In this document: positions 63,485-64,000 of the stretch, in pieces
How the letters are laid out: every line of letters starts with the position of its first letter
Position numbering within the stretch: position 1 is the stretch's first letter
Assembly: GCA_035477215.1 (NCBI GenBank)
Contig: DATIKU010000030.1
Span: 22,299-86,298, forward strand
Length of the DNA stretch: 64,000 bases
Direction: 5' to 3'
Source of the DNA: Spirochaetota bacterium
GTDB taxonomy: Bacteria > Spirochaetota > UBA4802 > UBA5368
Translations under genes and position numbers: made by a program
Notes under the pieces: generated by a model
Database searches by the model: none
What the model was told of the DNA's origin: nothing
Seen by the model: only the letters and a program-made list of their open reading frames with translations

Positions 63485-64000
63485 GCTTTTCCCCTACGGC
63501 CGGCGGCATTTTATCGCATTAGTTTTTTTGAATTAAATTCGAAATACCAGTTTCGAGGAAAGTCAATTTTGCGCAAGAAGTTATTCCGTAAATTTCAAAC
63601 GGCATCCTGTGATGGGAAATTTGTCCACTTGATGCAACGAGACGTTTTAATCCGAACCTGATCGAACCCGGCGGGCATTTTGAGATTTAGCGAAGTCGGT
63701 ATCCTTTTATGGCGATCCCCATGTCGCAAACGCGAGACTAAGTACGACTGCAATGAGCATGCGAATTCCTTCCGCGATCCCCGATCGCCAATTGCCGCGT
63801 CGCTTATCCCGAATTCGAGGCGTATCGACGCAACCTCCGGGCCGACGGCCGTTATGCACGTGTAGCTTGAAAGTGGCGAGACCTGCGCGGAATGCGGGCG
63901 AAAGCGCGCACCCTCCCCAATCTACAGCTTGAAAACGTTCCTCAGTTTCAATCCCTCTTCCGCCCTGCCTTCCAGTTTGAGTTTGCCCTGTATCAGCGCC

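Noticed and set aside
63924-64000. Partial minus-strand ORF running off the window end
   Set aside because: Only ~25 codons are visible (…KLEGRAEEGLKLRNVFKL-stop), too short to identify, so it is not reported as a feature.

Overview
High-GC (~60%) bacterial chromosomal segment from a probable anaerobe, densely coded. The anaerobe call rests on the presence of pyruvate:ferredoxin oxidoreductase, a glycyl-radical enzyme, a 2-hydroxyacyl-CoA-dehydratase-like pair and type III glutamine synthetase. Recognisable housekeeping blocks: hrcA-grpE-dnaK heat-shock operon (minus strand) with a canonical CIRCE operator; ksgA followed by a large TIGR03960/DUF2344 radical-SAM protein; glnN; glpK; class II fba; nifJ-type PFOR; an eno / FtsB-like / DUF501 / tsaC block; pcm; ptsI; tig-clpP-clpX-lon; and tRNA-Gly(GCC), tRNA-Leu(TAG) and tRNA-Lys(CTT). 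Between these sit accessory-looking catabolic modules. (i) An orphan glycyl-radical enzyme of the glycerol-dehydratase/CutC class with no activase nearby. (ii) An IclR-controlled operon of an HgdA/HgdB-like dehydratase pair plus an acyl-CoA ligase, with no HgdC-type activator in the window; a 27-bp palindromic operator lies in the divergent intergenic region. (iii) A second IclR-controlled operon: IolD-like TPP enzyme, RpiB/LacAB-like isomerase, BKACE beta-keto-acid cleavage enzyme, ADP-forming acyl-CoA synthetase with permuted domain order, and a cupin. The most unusual non-coding signal is a second, orphan CIRCE element embedded in a self-contained promoter-CIRCE-terminator mini-unit of about 95 nt, a candidate HrcA-regulated small RNA. 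Other points of note: a standalone 65-aa MshEN-like (c-di-GMP-binding fold) protein; an HDAC-fold protein with a C-terminal zinc ribbon translationally coupled to a hydantoinase_A-family protein; a 7TMR-DISM/PP2C receptor; and a solo RelE/ParE-like ORF beside the tRNA cluster. No CRISPR, integrase or transposase was detected. All functional calls are from motif recognition by eye, not database searches.
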